Assembly (NCBI RefSeq): GCF_016433145.1
Contig: NC_058132.1
Coordinates: 88,801,392 to 88,865,391 of the forward strand
DNA length: 64,000 nucleotides
DNA from: Gracilinanus agilis
Taxonomy: Eukaryota
Direction of reading: 5' to 3'
In this document: piece by piece, positions 24,580 to 38,199 of the stretch
How the letters are laid out: each line of letters starts with the position of its first letter
Numbering within the stretch: the first letter of the stretch is position 1
Translations under genes and position numbers: made by a program
The notes under the pieces: model-generated
Database searches by the model: none
What the model was told of the DNA's origin: nothing
What the model saw: only the letters and a program-made list of their open reading frames with translations

Positions 24580-25260
24580 TTGAACAATAAAAAAAGAAAA
24601 ATAACATCCTTATAATAAATATTCATAGTTCAGCCAAATAAGCTTTCACATTAGCATTGTGCAGAAAATTACATGCCTCATTCTGCATTTTAAATCTTCA
24701 TTTCTGGGTCAGGATGTAGATGGTATGTTTCATTATCAGTCCCTATGATTCGTATTTTTATTATTTCACACAGAGTTTAGAGTTCTAAAGTTGTTTTCTT
24801 TAGTGTTATCGTATAAATTGTTCTCCTAGTTCTTGCTTCATAATACATCAGTTCATAGAAATTTTCCATTTCCTCTGAAAATATTCATGTTATCTTTTCT
24901 GATGGCACAATAATATCCCCTTACATTCAAATACTATGATTTATTTGTAATTATTTACTAAGTGGGCACATTTAGTTCCCTATTTAGGGCTTCTGCCAAA
25001 AAAAATGAATGAAAGAAAGAAAAGAGCTATTATAACTATTAAATGCATACATCTTTTTTCCCTTTTGTTAAAATGTATTAGGTATATAACCCCAGTAGTC
25101 ATATAAGTGGATCAAAAGGTATACATAGTTTAGTAATTTGGGGGGCATGATTCCAAAATGCTTTTCCAAATTTCTGGATCAATTGACAGTTCCACCACTA
25201 GTATGTGTTTTCCCAAAGCTCTTGGATTATTTCTCCCCTTGTCATTTTTACGAACCTTAA
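24580..25260 (-). mobile_element. Old L1 3'UTR/ORF2 end
   Basis: Reverse L1 motifs (gtggatcaaaaggtat, ttccaaaatgctttccaaa, tgacagttccaccac). Confidence 0.65.
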
Positions 25261-26269
25261 AGACCTATCTGGTTCATGAAAAATTCCTGGATACCTTTAG
25301 GTTAATATGACTTTTCCCTCAAATTGCTTCTAATATTTTTTCATCTAGACATCTTCTTTATACCTTAACTTATTCTCATTTATATATTTGCAAATAGTCT
25401 ATTAGATTAAAAACAAACAAACAAACAAAAACAACTCAAGTGCCTTGAATTCAGAATTGTCAATAAATACCTATTAAATTCTACTAACTGCCAGCAACTA
25501 TGCTAGGCACTGGGAATGCAAATGTTTTAGGGATTAATCTTAGCCAGTACAACATGTATTTTATTGCCTATATTCATTGTCTGTACAATATACTTCATTA
25601 GCCAACAAACCCAGAAAACATACCCTTTCTATATGATGCTTAACTCATTCTGCTATTATATCTCGTATCTTTCTATCCCTTACTTCATCTCTACATCAAG
25701 GAATCTTAAAGTTTAGCAATCCAAGGATGCTTCTCAGAATTTATAAAAAATAATTCATAATTAAAGAAATGCAAATTTTAGCTAGAAGTTAATGAAAATA
25801 AAAGTGCAAGCTTTTTTGAGATAATATTCAAAGACTGGAGAGGGAGGAGGGTAAACATAAGAGAGATCTTTCATCTTTCTTATAAAAAAGAAAGCCTAGG
25901 GCAGTTACTTCATAATTCTTCACCCAGGATGTAGAACTTGCCATAGTGTTTTACATTTAATAAGTACTTAATACATAGTTATTGACTATTGACATAATTG
26001 CTAGCTATTATTGTTGTTATAGTAGTCATGTTTCCAAAGTGATTTTCATATCCAGAATAATTATAGAAGTTGAAAGAAATTTTCTCAACACAGTTCCACC
26101 AAGATCTTTTGCACGATTGCAAGGTAGCATTCCATAAATACCTTTCAAGGAACTGGGACTTTTAAACAAAAGCATAATAAGAATAAAAATAAATTTTTCA
26201 ACTACTAAGAAAATGAGATTGTACTGAGAGAATCTAAGCAGTAGAATGAGAATTTTGTCAAGAAAACCC

Positions 26270-26325
26270 CACTTGGGTCACAAAGAGTCAGATACAACTG
26301 AAATGACTGAACAACAGCAAAAACA
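26270..26325 (+). mobile_element. RTE/MAR1-type 3' end
   Basis: gggtcacaaagagtcagatacaactgaaatgactgaacaac. Confidence 0.7.
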
Positions 26326-26629
26326 GTTGAACCCTAAAAGGCAGATTTAAACAAAATTTATTTTTCTGGAGTTTATACAACAAAATAACTGAAGCCACCC
26401 TAGGGATTATAAACTCAAAGAACGGCCTCAGTGGAAGAAGAGTCCACATGGTAGATGAAGACCAACAGTATATTCCATGAAAACAACAATATGGAGCAGG
26501 AGGACAGAAAGAACATAGAAACATAATTCATTTGAGAAAGTAGTTCAAAACCTGATAATGTCACAAAAAGATACCATATGTTTTTTTGCTTCAAATCAAC
26601 TAGTTTCAACATATGTTAATTAAACATTT

Positions 26630-27500
26630 AATGTATACAAAATTCTAGGTCATATTCTTTCTAAGATAAGAAATTTTTCTAGGGATAGATATCCTTTTGA
26701 AAGGAGTTTACATTTTAATGGGGGTTAGATATACACATGAACAATATTTTGTATTTACAACCATAATAAGAAAAGCAAATTAGATATAAGAAAATTAAGA
26801 ATTTGGTCATGTTCATAGGATTTCCCAGGCATAGACACACGTTTAAAGCAAGAGAGGAAAAGTCACCAAAAATATGGGAGAACAGACAATCAATCAGTTT
26901 GTTTGGAGTGTGAAGTACATGGGAAGTAGTAACTTTGGATATAGCTGGAAAAGTAACGTCATACAAAGGAGTTTGATCCTTACTTGATGGAAAACAGAAA
27001 AACAACTGAAAAGTGGCTTGATATATAATCAGATTGACATTTAAAAACAATTATACTGACAGTATCGTTCACCAAGTTTGGGCTATAATATAGAGGAAAA
27101 AATAGGCAAATAAGACCAGTGTGTCGGTGGTTGGTAACCTAGATCTTGACAGACATAGTGGCAATGGCAAAGAGGATGGGCAAAAACACAAGTGATATTG
27201 GAAAACTAGAATGGACATTACTTGATATAAGAAGTGGGATGGAGGAGGACAAACAGAGGCCGCAAAGAAATTTTTCAAGATTTTGAGTTGTTTCTCTTGT
27301 TCTTGATTCAAGGAAAATCTCATTATCATACATTAAAAGTACTAAATCTCAAATGTTCCCTGGAAAACACATTATAACATAAAATGATTCAATTTATATT
27401 TCATTGAATACCTACCAAATAAAAATGCTAAATACATGCTGGGAACACAAAAGAAAAAAAATGACAGAGTGATTGCATACTATCAAAAAACTTACAATCT
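26630..27500 (-). mobile_element. Decayed L2 fragments
   Basis: Purine-rich L2-type blocks; ttcattgaatacctac tail motif. Confidence 0.45.
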
Positions 27501-27539
27501 AACATATGTGGGTACTTGAATCTAATATTAATCCAAGTA

Positions 27540-29690
27540 AATATATGCTAAGAAGCTATCATTTTATTAGACTTGGGAACCAAGGTCCCTCTGTCTACGT
27601 ATACTCCTTATAACTGCCCTAATAATGATAAGTTTATTTGGAGTTACAAATGTCATCTTCCTATATAGAAAGGTATACAGTTTAATCTTGCTGAATCCCT
27701 TAAGATTTTTCTTGCTTAACTTTTTATGCTTTGCTTGGGTCTTGTATTGAAATTCAAATTTTCTATTTAGTACTGATCTTTTCAATAGTAATGCTTGAAA
27801 GTCCTCTGTTTAATTGCCTATCCATTTTTCACCAGAAGGATTATCTTCACTTGCTGAGTAGATGATTCTTGGTTGTAATATGCTACTTCCTTTGTTTACC
27901 TTCTGGAAAATTATACCCCAAACTAGGGGTCTGCAACGTATGGCTCTCGAGCCATATCTGGCTCTTTTGAGGGCCAGATATGGCTCTTTCTGCAGGAGCC
28001 ATAAAGTCAATTTTTTTTTCAGTCGCTGTTACAGGAATGCGCACTGTTACAGGAGCTCTCACTGTGATCACTGTACAGCTTTCACGAAATTACATTTTAA
28101 AAAATGTGGCGTTTATGGCTCTCATGGCCAAAAAGGTTGCAGACCCCTGCCCCAAACCTCTTGATCCATTAATATAGAAACTGCTCAATCTTGTGTTATT
28201 CTGACCATGGCACTATGATGTTTGAATTGTTTCTCTATGCAATATTTTTTTCCTTATTGGGGGAACTCTGGAATTTTGTTACTGGGAATTTTCATTTTGG
28301 TATCTCTTTCAAGAAGTGATTGATGGATTCTTTCAATTTCTTTTTTACTCCTTGGTTATAGGCTATTGAAAACATTTTCCTTGATAATTTCATAAAATAT
28401 GAGGTCTAGGCTCTCTTTTTTAAATTATGACTTTCATTATTAATTCTTTAATTATCTTTCTAGGATCTATTTGCTACAACAGTTGTTTTCCATTGGGAAA
28501 TTTCACATTTTCTCCTATTTTTTTTTACTTTTTTATTGTTTTTATCATTATTTTTTTGATATCTCATAGTCATTAGCTTTCACTTACCTGATTCTAATTT
28601 TTAAAAATAATATTTTCTTCAATGAGCTTTTGTACTTGCTTTTTCCATTTGATCAGTTATGCTTTTTAAGGAGTTTTTTTTTCAAGAAATTTCTATTCCT
28701 TTTTTACCATACAATGATTCTATTTTTAAAGTATCATTTTCTTAAGTATCTTTGTGCCTTTTTTACAATTATGGATTCTCTTTTTATAATTTTCTTGCAC
28801 TACTCTCATTTATTTCCCCAATTCCTCCTCTATCTCTCTTATTTGATTTTATAATAATTTTTGTGTTCTTCCAGGAATTCTTTTTGTAGGTCTAATTCTA
28901 ATTTTTCTTTTAGCTTTCGTATGCAGCTATTTTGATATATTAGTTTCATTATTTTCTTCTAGGTTTGTGTCTTAATCCTGTATCCACAGAAACATTCTAT
29001 TGTCAGGTTTTTTTTGAGGGGGGGATTAGGAGGGGGCATATTTGCTTGCTTTTCAGCTTATTTCTTGACTTCAAGCTTTATGTTAAAGTTTTGCTTTCTC
29101 CTGAGGAGAGGTCATGATCTCAAAGTTCAGGTTTCTTTATGTTACTGTTTTCAGAGCTTGTATCTGAAAGTTTTCAGTTCTTCCATGGTACTATGATCTA
29201 AGAAGTGTGGTCAATGATCTCCTGACCTGTTATTTGGCTTGATAGCTTCCACAAGCATTTTTCTAACACTCTGTACCTCATTAAGGGCTCCTGATTCCCT
29301 TTAATGGCTAGCACTCTTGCTCTTTCTGGCTCTGTAAATGCAATTCAGGCTTCCTCTCTCACATATTCCCAAATGATAGTGCTTCTCTCTGACCTAGAAC
29401 TGAGAGAAGGGCCCTTGCTTAGTGACCCATAAGCATCAGTGTACCAATTTTGCTTTTTGCCCTGGGACTGTGACCTGGAACTTTGTATATGCAATGAAAT
29501 ATATGCAAAATTCCAGGTATGGTACCAGGGCAAAAAGAAGTGAAATAGGATCCTTCACTGTGTGTCAGCTAAAGGTCATTTGTAATCTCTTTCTGACCAT
29601 TTATCTGATTCCCCTCTACAGTCTGTGTAGGGAGAACTCTAGGAACTGCTGTAGCCTTTAAGATGGCATAGCCATCTTTTGTCTCTGAGA
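27540..29690 (-). mobile_element. Old L1 5' half (5'UTR, ORF1, start of spacer)
   Basis: Minus-strand translation LQPRIIYSA..KRSVLNRKF (ORF1 CTD); typical 5'UTR motifs near 29400-29650. Confidence 0.8.
27924..28149 (-). mobile_element. hAT-Charlie MITE (OposCharlie-like) with perfect 8-bp TSD CCCCAAAC
   Basis: TIRs (T)AGGGGTCTGCAAC / GTTGCAGACCCCTG; TSD at 27916-27923 and 28150-28157; same family as 35165-35370. Confidence 0.92.
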
Positions 29691-30344
29691 CCCTGGAAGA
29701 ATGTTAGATGAAGTCACTCTGGCCTCTCCTCCCTTCAGGAAGAACAGGAAGACTCCAGATGAGTATGTACAGAAAAGTGGAGCAAATTGATTCTATTGGC
29801 CCAGGGTTCAAGTCTGGTTGCAGGCAGAAAGGACTGGCAGCAGGGGAAAAAGGGAAAAAAAACATGAATGAGATTTTCAGGGTAGTGTCAAGGTCAAACC
29901 AGGGTATGGAAGAAAGAAAGCAATCATGGAAAAAGGTTGTAAGCCCTATAACTGGAGAGAGGGAAGTAGGAGAGATCTCTAAGGAGCTGCAAGGAGTTCA
30001 TGAGTGAGGTGTAGAATAACTGGCTCCTAAGCCCTGCGTAAAGAAAGGTCTAGGTTAGCCCAAAAGTTAAGGTTTTGGTCATGAGTGAGGTCTCCATTTC
30101 AGAGGGCTGGGGGACAGAAGCCAAGGTCCTCTAGCTGGAGATGGTGAGGAGGGATGCTAGGGGGCTGTCAGGACTCAAAGATACATTTCCTGAGAGATTA
30201 CAAAGTCCTTTTCTTGATAGGTCTTGTCTGTGCTATAAGCTTAAGAATTATAGATGGGATTGATATTTTTCTAGTAGTCTTCATTGTCCTCCCATGGCAA
30301 CCTTGCTTCTCCAGCAGCATCACTTAGGAAACACCCATTGTTAG

Positions 30345-30710
30345 TGTCAAAGCAGCTGTGGCTCATGGGCTTATAGGACTTGTCTGGAGTTAGGAGGATC
30401 TGAGTTCAAATCCACCCTCAGACACTTTCTGGGTGTGTAACCTTGTGCAAGTCAATTAGTTTCTGTTTGCCTAAGAAGAAGCTAAGTGGTTCAGTAGACA
30501 GAGTACTTGGTATAAGAGTCAGGATGACCTGAGTTCACATCTGGCCTCAAATACTTCCTAGCTGTGTAACCTTGTGAAAGTCACTTAACCTCTAATTGCT
30601 TGTCCAAAGGATCTACTGGAACCACTAGAGAAGTAAATGATAAGCCACTCCAATATCCTTGTCAAGAAAACACCATAGATAGGATGGGATCATGGACTGA
30701 ACACAAAAAA
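30345..30710 (+). mobile_element. MIR followed by a MAR1-like SINE
   Basis: Two tRNA-derived heads/cores; RTE-derived tail (aagccactcc.atatccttgtcaagaaaac...gactgaac). Confidence 0.75.
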
Positions 30711-30719
30711 AACAATAGC

Positions 30720-32500
30720 TAGTGGTGATTACCTGGCTCAAGATCCAGAAGCAAAAGAGACAAGAAATAGTAATTAGAGAAATAGAAAACCCAGGAGAAA
30801 ACTTCATCATATTAACTTAAAAGAGAGTATGCAAGGAAAGATTTATAGCATCTAAGAATTCAGGGAGGTCAGGATGAATGATGATTGAGAAAAAACATTA
30901 GATTTGACAATTAAAAGATCACTGGTAACTTTGGAGTAAGCTTATTCAGTTGAGTGATAACATCAGAAGTTAGTCTAATAACTTAATAGTGAATGAGAAG
31001 AAAAGAAATGGAAGAATCCAGTGTGCATGACTTCCTTAAAATTTTAGCTGAGAAGTGAAGAGCTATAGGATGAAAGCTAGCCAAGGCAGTTGGATGAAAT
31101 GAGAAGTTTTTAAGCATGGATTATTTGCAGGCATAAAGAACAGTAGATAAGAAAAGACTGAAAGTTAAAAGAGGCTATAAGAATGGTGGCAACCTTCTCA
31201 AGAAGAAAAGATTGGATGGGATTATTTTTTCTTCTTTCATCTCCATGCATGTTTTTAACCACCACCATTGCCATCCACTTGGGAAAAAATTATAAAACCT
31301 TGCAACAACAAGCAAAGCAAATTTCTATATTGTCCACATCCAATGTTTATCTTATTTTGCATTATTTGTCTGTCACCTGTCTATCAGGATGTAGGCAGAA
31401 TTTTCCTTGTTTCTTTAACCTCATGACTGATTATTGCATTCATCAGAATTCTCAAGTTTTTTTTAATTGTTCCTTTTCAAAATATTAATGTTATAATAGG
31501 ATTTAAAATTGTTCCACTCACTTCCCTCTGCACCACTTTATTTACACCTTTCTTAGTTTTTCAGAAACCATCTCCTTCTTCATTTCCCACAGCACAATTG
31601 TATTCCATTATATTCATACCATAATTGGCTTAGTTCTTACCCACTTGATGGAATAATAATTTCAACATTTATTTTGAGGTGTTTTTTTTCTTCTTTGATC
31701 TTTTGGAGGGTGATTGGTGGGCACTGTTTCTTTGTTTCTTATTCTATCATAGTGGCAGTCAGAAGACTTATAGCACATCTTTTCAAGTTAAAAAGAATTT
31801 GATAAGCACCTACTGTATGCTAAGAACTTTAACAAAATTCTTTCACAGAACCATAAATCACAACTTGTATATCCTTTGAGAATTTTCATTCACATGTTTG
31901 TATAGTTTATGTTTTCTATTCCTATATTTTCTAGGCAGTAAAATTTTATATTCTCTCAAGTTACTTGTTCTAAGATCATATCTATCACTGTTAATAACTT
32001 TGTTTTTAAATTTTTCTTTACATTTCTCTCCACCTAAAATGAAAACTGGATGAGATCTTCATCTAGGCCTCTCTTAATGCCTCCTCACTGAACTCTAATG
32101 CTTCAAATCCTTCCTCTCTCAGGTCTCACCTCCACAGAGTTTCCAGAATGATTTTCCTTAGATTGTAGTCTAACCCTTTCTCAATAATATTTCACTGACT
32201 TCATTTTATTTACATATACGATTACATATAAGCGCTGTTGGTATTAAAAACCTGTCAAAACTTGACATCAATCAATATTTCCATTCCCATTATACATTGC
32301 TCACTTGCCTATTCCTGTTAATCTAATCAAGCTAGCCTTCTTATTGTTCTACCTTCATGGCACTCCCCATGTCTTTGTACTGCCAGTCTATCATACACAA
32401 AATACACTCCTTCATTGCATCCAAATCTTATTATCTCCAATATGTAATTCAAATTCCCCCTTCTACATGAAACCTTTCCTGGACTTGCTAACATCAAGTG
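30720..32500. mobile_element. L2 fragments and an L1 3'UTR (31230-31640, minus)
   Basis: Typical L2 purine-rich and 3' blocks; reverse L1 3'UTR motifs. Confidence 0.55.
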
Positions 32501-32509
32501 GCAAGGCAA

Positions 32510-32650
32510 TTTAAGGACCAGGAAAATATTTCTCTTCTACATTTAAGGAGCATGCTGTCCGAAAATTTTACCATCTCAACAATGGGAATGGCACATATTC
32601 AGAGAATAAGAACAGGGAATATACACGAGGAGACAAATAGAGAGCATACA
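32510..32650 (-). pseudogene. Possible highly decayed class I OR TM6-TM7 relic
   Basis: Minus strand with small indels reads AL...LFLF..YVPFPLL.MV..FGQHAP....NIFLV, resembling OR51 KALNTC..FYVPMIGLSMVHRFGKHAP..NIYLL. Confidence 0.35.
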
Positions 32651-32987
32651 TGTAGTCACAGCATTTGTAGGAAGGGAAAGCTGCCAGGGGTGAAGACCCT
32701 CATTGTGTGTTCATATATGGATGGAGAAACTCATAATACTGAAATTGCACTCTGGTGATGGCATCAGACTATTTTCTACTAGGTATTGTATATGTATTTT
32801 AAGTCTTTTCCATAACTCTCATTCCTGAGGTCTCCCTAAACTGCTTTCTGCTACTCTGTGGTGGTTTTCAGTTATTGAGTCTTTACAGGACCATTTGCTG
32901 TTCTATTTTTTCAGGATAGTAGTGGAAGACAGTGTTAATGTCCACTCCATCAAAATCACCTTTTATGTATATTGTATGTATTTTGCA

Positions 32988-33027
32988 TATATCTATATCT
33001 ATGTCTATATCTATATCTATATCTATA
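32988..33027 (+). repeat. (CTATAT)n microsatellite
   Basis: atatctatatctatgtctatatctatatctatatctatat. Confidence 0.85.
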
Positions 33028-33485
33028 TGGTTTTCCCCAATAATATGCAACCTCCATGAGGAAAGAGACTTCCATTTTTATTTTTACATTTATATCCTCA
33101 ATACATACTTAATTTTGCTTAAATTACTTGACTCCTTTGACAAGCATGGATAACTAGAAATTAGATGCTTTAAAAGTAAAATAGAAACAAGAAAACTGAA
33201 TCATGTATATTATTTTCCCATTATTCTCTAAATCCTAGCAGAGAAAGTTTTCCTACCTTTGGGACAAGAAGGGCAATGTATGCTTGATTAGTAGTCATGA
33301 CAACTTGAGATTCTCCCATGACTTCATATTCCCTGGAGGTTCCCAGAAAAGAAGGTATATATGCCACAGTCATGACTCAGGGTGTACCTATCTAGGCTCA
33401 GAACCATCATCTAATTGATATCAAGTAAGTCTTTGATAGAGTGAGAAAGTTGAGAGAGAAAGAAGCTTTAAGAGTGGGTGAGGGA

Positions 33486-33662
33486 GGGGGCAGCTGGGTA
33501 GCTCAGTGGATTGAGAGCTAAGCCTAGAGACAGGAGGTCCTAGGTTCAAATCTGCCTCAGACGCTTCCCAGCTGTGTGACCCTGGGCAAGTCACTTGACC
33601 TCCATTGCCCACCCTTACTCTTCCACCAAGGAACCAATACACAGAAGTTAAGGGTTAAAAAA
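33486..33662 (+). mobile_element. SINE1_Mdo-like SINE with 16-bp TSD
   Basis: GGGGGCAGCTGGGTAGCTCAGTGG head, A tail; TSD aagagtgggtgaggga / aagagtgaatgaggga. Confidence 0.92.
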
Positions 33663-33689
33663 AAGAGTGAATGAGGGAGAAGAAGGAAA

Positions 33690-34500
33690 GAAGAGGCAAA
33701 GATATCTGCTCTTCATTTTATTGATGATTTGGACAAAGGTATAGATCACATGTATATGAAGTTATCCAGTGACATAGAATTGGGAGAAATAGCTTATATG
33801 TTATATCCTATTCTGTTAGAGTGGAAATTGAAATCAATCTTGAAAGGGTAGAACAATGAGCTAAATCCAATAATATTATGTTTAGTGAGGGAAAGATACA
33901 GGATTATATTTAGGCAAAAAAATAACTTTATAAGTTGAGAATTAGGGAAGTATTAAGAGATAGCAATTCATTTGAAAATAGAAAAATCACATTCATAGTA
34001 AAGCTGTGAAATGCATGGGGCAATAGTTTGTTGAATTACATTAAGGTGAAGTTTTCAGACCGCACATTGTAATATACATGCTGAGATGGAAATAAGACAA
34101 CCATGGAACACAAAGTGAGGAGGGTGATTCTAAAGGGCCTCTGTATTTCACCTTGCCCAGTACATAACTGGAGTATTATCTTTATAATATAGCTTAATTT
34201 TTAAGTACACGTTGGAGTAAATCAGAAAAGACCAACCAGGATCAATTATTGAACCATAGATTTAATGTTGGAGGATCAACAAAAGGAACCAAGAAATTGA
34301 ACATAGAGCAAAAAGTATTTAAGGAGAGAGATGGTACCTGCCTTCCATCATTCAATGAATTGTTATGTGTAGGAGAATTTAACCTTCTTCTGATTAGCAT
34401 TGGGGGGAGGGGAATAGGAATTATGAATAGAAACTGCAGAGAAGCAGATTTAAGTCTACTATAAAGGGAAAAACTGCCTAAAATTAAGTTATTCTTAAGT
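33690..34500 (+). mobile_element. L3/CR1 RT 3' fragment; paralogous to 53600-54390
   Basis: CR1 RT motifs, with specific derived changes shared with the 53.6-kb copy. Confidence 0.75.
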
Positions 34501-35164
34501 GGAACAGGATAACTGAGAATGTAATTATCATTGTCATTAGTAGAATGAATATAATACCTAACATATCTTTCTATTTAAGGGTCCCAAAGTACTCTATAAA
34601 TATTATTATTTCATTTGAATTTCACCACAACCTTAGATGATTGGTGCCATTATTATAATTCCATTCTTATCTTCATTTTATGCCGATTTTACAGATGAGG
34701 AAACTGAGGCAGAGAGGGGTCAAGTATTTGTACGGGATCATGGATTTAGTAAAAGCCTGAGACTAGATTTGTACTTGGTACTTCATGATTCCAAGTCCAA
34801 TATTTAATCTTGTGCACCACTGAAAATATTCCATCAGGAATGGGGAAACTGGAATGACATTTACTGGAGAAATAGAGAGGACTGCTTTTTTGGCACTGGT
34901 TGTGTTCAGTGATATCTAGAACTTTTTCTAATTTCTTAATTTCTGAAAAAATAGATAGGTGATACAGATAAAGCTAAAAGGAAACAGGAATGAATACTAG
35001 ACCAAAGAGAAATGAGATGGAGAATGGATCTGGAGAGGTAGGTGATGAAGGGGGTTTTGGGGGGAGGGATTTGTGACATACAAAATGTGAAGAAATGGAA
35101 TAAATCCTGCACCTTCCAAAAAAAAGTAGGCCCAGGAACTAGATTAAAGAAGGAGGGTGTAGAG

Positions 35165-35370
35165 CAGGGGTGGGCAACCTTTTTGGCCGTGAGATCCATA
35201 AATGCCACATTTTTTAAAATGTAATTTTGTGAGAGCCATACAGTGCTCACAGTGCCGCTCCTGTAACAGAGCCTGAAAAAAAATTGACTTCATGGCTCCT
35301 GCAGAAAGAGCCATAACTGGCCCTCAAAAGAACCAGAAATGGCGCAAGAGCCATACATTGCTGACCCCTG
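35165..35370 (+). mobile_element. hAT-Charlie MITE (OposCharlie-like) with 8-bp TSD
   Basis: CAGGGGTGGGCAACC...GCTGACCCCTG; TSD gtgtagag / gtatagag (NTNTAGAN). Confidence 0.92.
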
Positions 35371-35578
35371 GTATAGAGAATAAAACTGGTTAGAGGGAAG
35401 AGACTAAGGATAGGGTTAGTAAAGACTGACAGTGTGGAACAAGTAGCCCATGATTTTCATAAAGGCCTGGAGGGAAAACTCATTTCTTAGCAGGTCAAGG
35501 AGACTAAATGAATCTGATATATTTGTCTCTTTTGCTTTAAGCAGCTCACTCTACTTTTTTTGTGGAGGAGTTTATTAG

Positions 35579-35579
<1 letters not shown>

Positions 35580-35635
<56 letters not shown>
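35580..35635 (+). repeat. (GT)~27 microsatellite
   Basis: Perfect dinucleotide run. Confidence 0.98.
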
Positions 35636-35636
<1 letters not shown>

Positions 35637-36417
35637 CTAGAGCATCAACTCTACCCTGTGCAGGAAATAGGTGAGGAACTAAGAGAAATAAGAGAAAGGA
35701 AAGGGAAAAGAAGCTAATGCGGGTCACATATATGGATTCTGGGAACCCTCAGACTGGTTAAAGAGAAGAATGAGACTGGGTTGTAAAGTCACATTAGCAA
35801 AGCTCTCAGGTTTCTCCAATTTAATCATATTAGTATCAAGATTCTGGGTCTGTCAGTTCTCTTAGATTTTTTGTTTTTCTTGAGGTTCTTAGAAAAGTTC
35901 TTTTTGAAAATTTGTAATTTTTTCTAAGCAAAAGGGAAAAAGGATTCATCAGAAGAGGCTGGTGGTGAGGTATCCTTCTCTGTCTCTAGGAACTGGTACC
36001 TGGTCAAAGGCTGGTCATGATTCAGATTTAAGGAATTGGGTAAGAAGGCCTTTGAGGGGAATATGAAAATGGGAACCCATGTACAGTGTAGATTCCATCT
36101 CTGTGACCCCTTTCCTTTTCCATATCACATTATAAAAGGTGTGAAAGATTATTTGTCAAGAAAAGGACAGGTAATGCAGGTGAGAAAAGGAGGGGGTAAG
36201 AGGAGTAGGAAGGGACTTATTCCCTAAAGTGGACTTTGAAGTTTGACATTTGCAAAGAAAAGGATTGCCAACTTGGAGGGAAAAACAAACAAATAAACAA
36301 AACCCCCAGAAATTCAGAGAAAGTGACTTTCCTTTGGTCTCCAGAGAAGTCATTAGGTCTTTGGACTGTAGGCAACTTTAACAGAGTGTGCTCTCATCTC
36401 ATTGTATCCTTCAACAG

Positions 36418-36554
36418 AAAATATTGGTCATAATACTTTAGAGGAAAAGAAGCAGGTAGACTATGAGAACATTATACTTGCACTCAACAAAGGAAATCTC
36501 TTCACAAAAGACTCAAAGATTCCCCTCAGTCCAGAATCTCTCAAACATATGCTG
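36418..36554 (+). other. Candidate non-coding 5' exon of OR51 gene 1
   Basis: Acceptor CTCTCATCTCATTGTATCCTTCAACAG and donor CTG|GTAAGC. Confidence 0.4.
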
Positions 36555-37059
36555 GTAAGCACCTGCCTTACTTTTTTCTATAATAAAGGAAAAGCACTTT
36601 ATGCTTTTCATAAGATTTAGAATGAAAAAAAGATATATTATTATATTTTAATCCAACCATACCCTCATTTTACAGATAAAGATCCTGATCCTTAGAGACT
36701 TGCCATAGTTGGAGCAAAATGAGGAAATCGCCAACTCTCAAAACCAGATTCCCCTCAGCACAAATTCGGCATTCTTTCTACTACACAATGATATTCACCT
36801 CTGTTAAAAATAGCAGGTATCTTTGAGTCAAAAGAGCATTTTTTCAAAACTTAGTTATGCAACACTTATAAATGAGATGAAAACAATCAGATTGTCAGAA
36901 TTTAAGTTTGTAGTATTTATTGAATTGAACTAAATTAAAATGAATAGATAGGAGAGATGGCTTAGGAAAACATGATAATTCATCTCATACTTTTCTGGTA
37001 GAGAAGATATTAATTCTGGTAGAGAAGATAGTAACAATTAATCCTTCTCTTAAAAAATG

Positions 37060-37849
37060 ATTCTTTGTCTCCTCCATTCTCTTTCACCTATCCTTTTATC
37101 AAACCCTCAAAGGGTGCTGTCCTGCCTCCTGGCAGCAAGAAATGAATGGGTCCTTTTTTGTTTTGTTTAGTATTCGTTTTCCTGCTCCAAACTGGTAACT
37201 CCTTCTATCTTCTTGTCTCTTTCCTGATAAGTATGAAAACTTATAGAGAGCCTGCTCCCTGTATGGTTTTGGGGTCCTGAGTGGCATTTTGTGGCATTGG
37301 ATTGTTAAGACAGGAAAAAGAAAATGAGAACAGCCAGACTAGTGGTTAGCCCATGTTGCTCTAACGCTATGGGATTTGGACTTTATTTTATACTGGTTTC
37401 AAACAAAGAACACAAAGAAAGAGTCACAGCTGAGAAGGGGTTACAAATCATACACAATCCATTAAAGTCTAAAAAGCAGAGATACAGGTACAAGGACAAG
37501 GGCCAAATTCCAACCACCAATTAGTAGGGGTTAATTCTAGGAGCAGAAATATATTTCATGGAGATGTTTACTTATTGCGTTCTGTCTTGATTTATAGATC
37601 TGCACCTGGTCAGATAGTCTGGCTTATCTCTATCTTTGTCTGTGTCCAGCCTTGACTATATTGTTTAGAGTTCAGGCTTCTTAATTATCAAGGAGCGGAA
37701 TTTTTAACTCAGTAGTTGCTGGTCTGCTAAGGACTCAAAGCTTTTCAATAAGTCTATAATGTTTTTTCCAATAAGAAAAGGTATGGATCATAAGAGCTGT
37801 CAAAAGAGGGGTCTCAGATTTTTATCTATTCTCTTATTGGCTTCCCACA
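37060..37849. mobile_element. LTR-like element(s)
   Basis: Ends GGCTTCCCACA like 12001-12384; left part is an inverted match to 15495-15930. Confidence 0.5.
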
Positions 37850-38199
37850 AAAACTGAAATATTTTTTTCCTTTATGATTCAAGCATCCTTCAAAAAGTCT
37901 TTGATATCATGAAACTCAATAGTTTCTGTTATTTCATTCCTTAAAACTATGCTTTTATCCTATTCACATCCCCAAACTTTGAGTGAATGGTTCAATTAAC
38001 TTTATAACAACTAAAGCAGAATGTCCCCCCAAAGATTCCTTTGATTTGTTTTGTTTCCTGGAAATTCTGCTAAGCTATAGTAAAAGCCCTAAACTATTAG
38101 ATAATATTAGGTGTTAACATTTGAACTGCATTGTTTTGAAAATATTATCCTAGTTCATGAGTATAATATTATGGATATAGTTTGGTTAAATTTAAGCAA

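Noticed and set aside
26415-26612. Hydrophobic 65-aa minus-strand ORF loosely like OR TM1
   Set aside because: No LHxPMY or any downstream OR motif; likely chance in AT-rich DNA
29700-30340. 99-aa ORF at 29708 in unassigned sequence
   Set aside because: No recognisable domain; more likely decayed L2 on the minus strand
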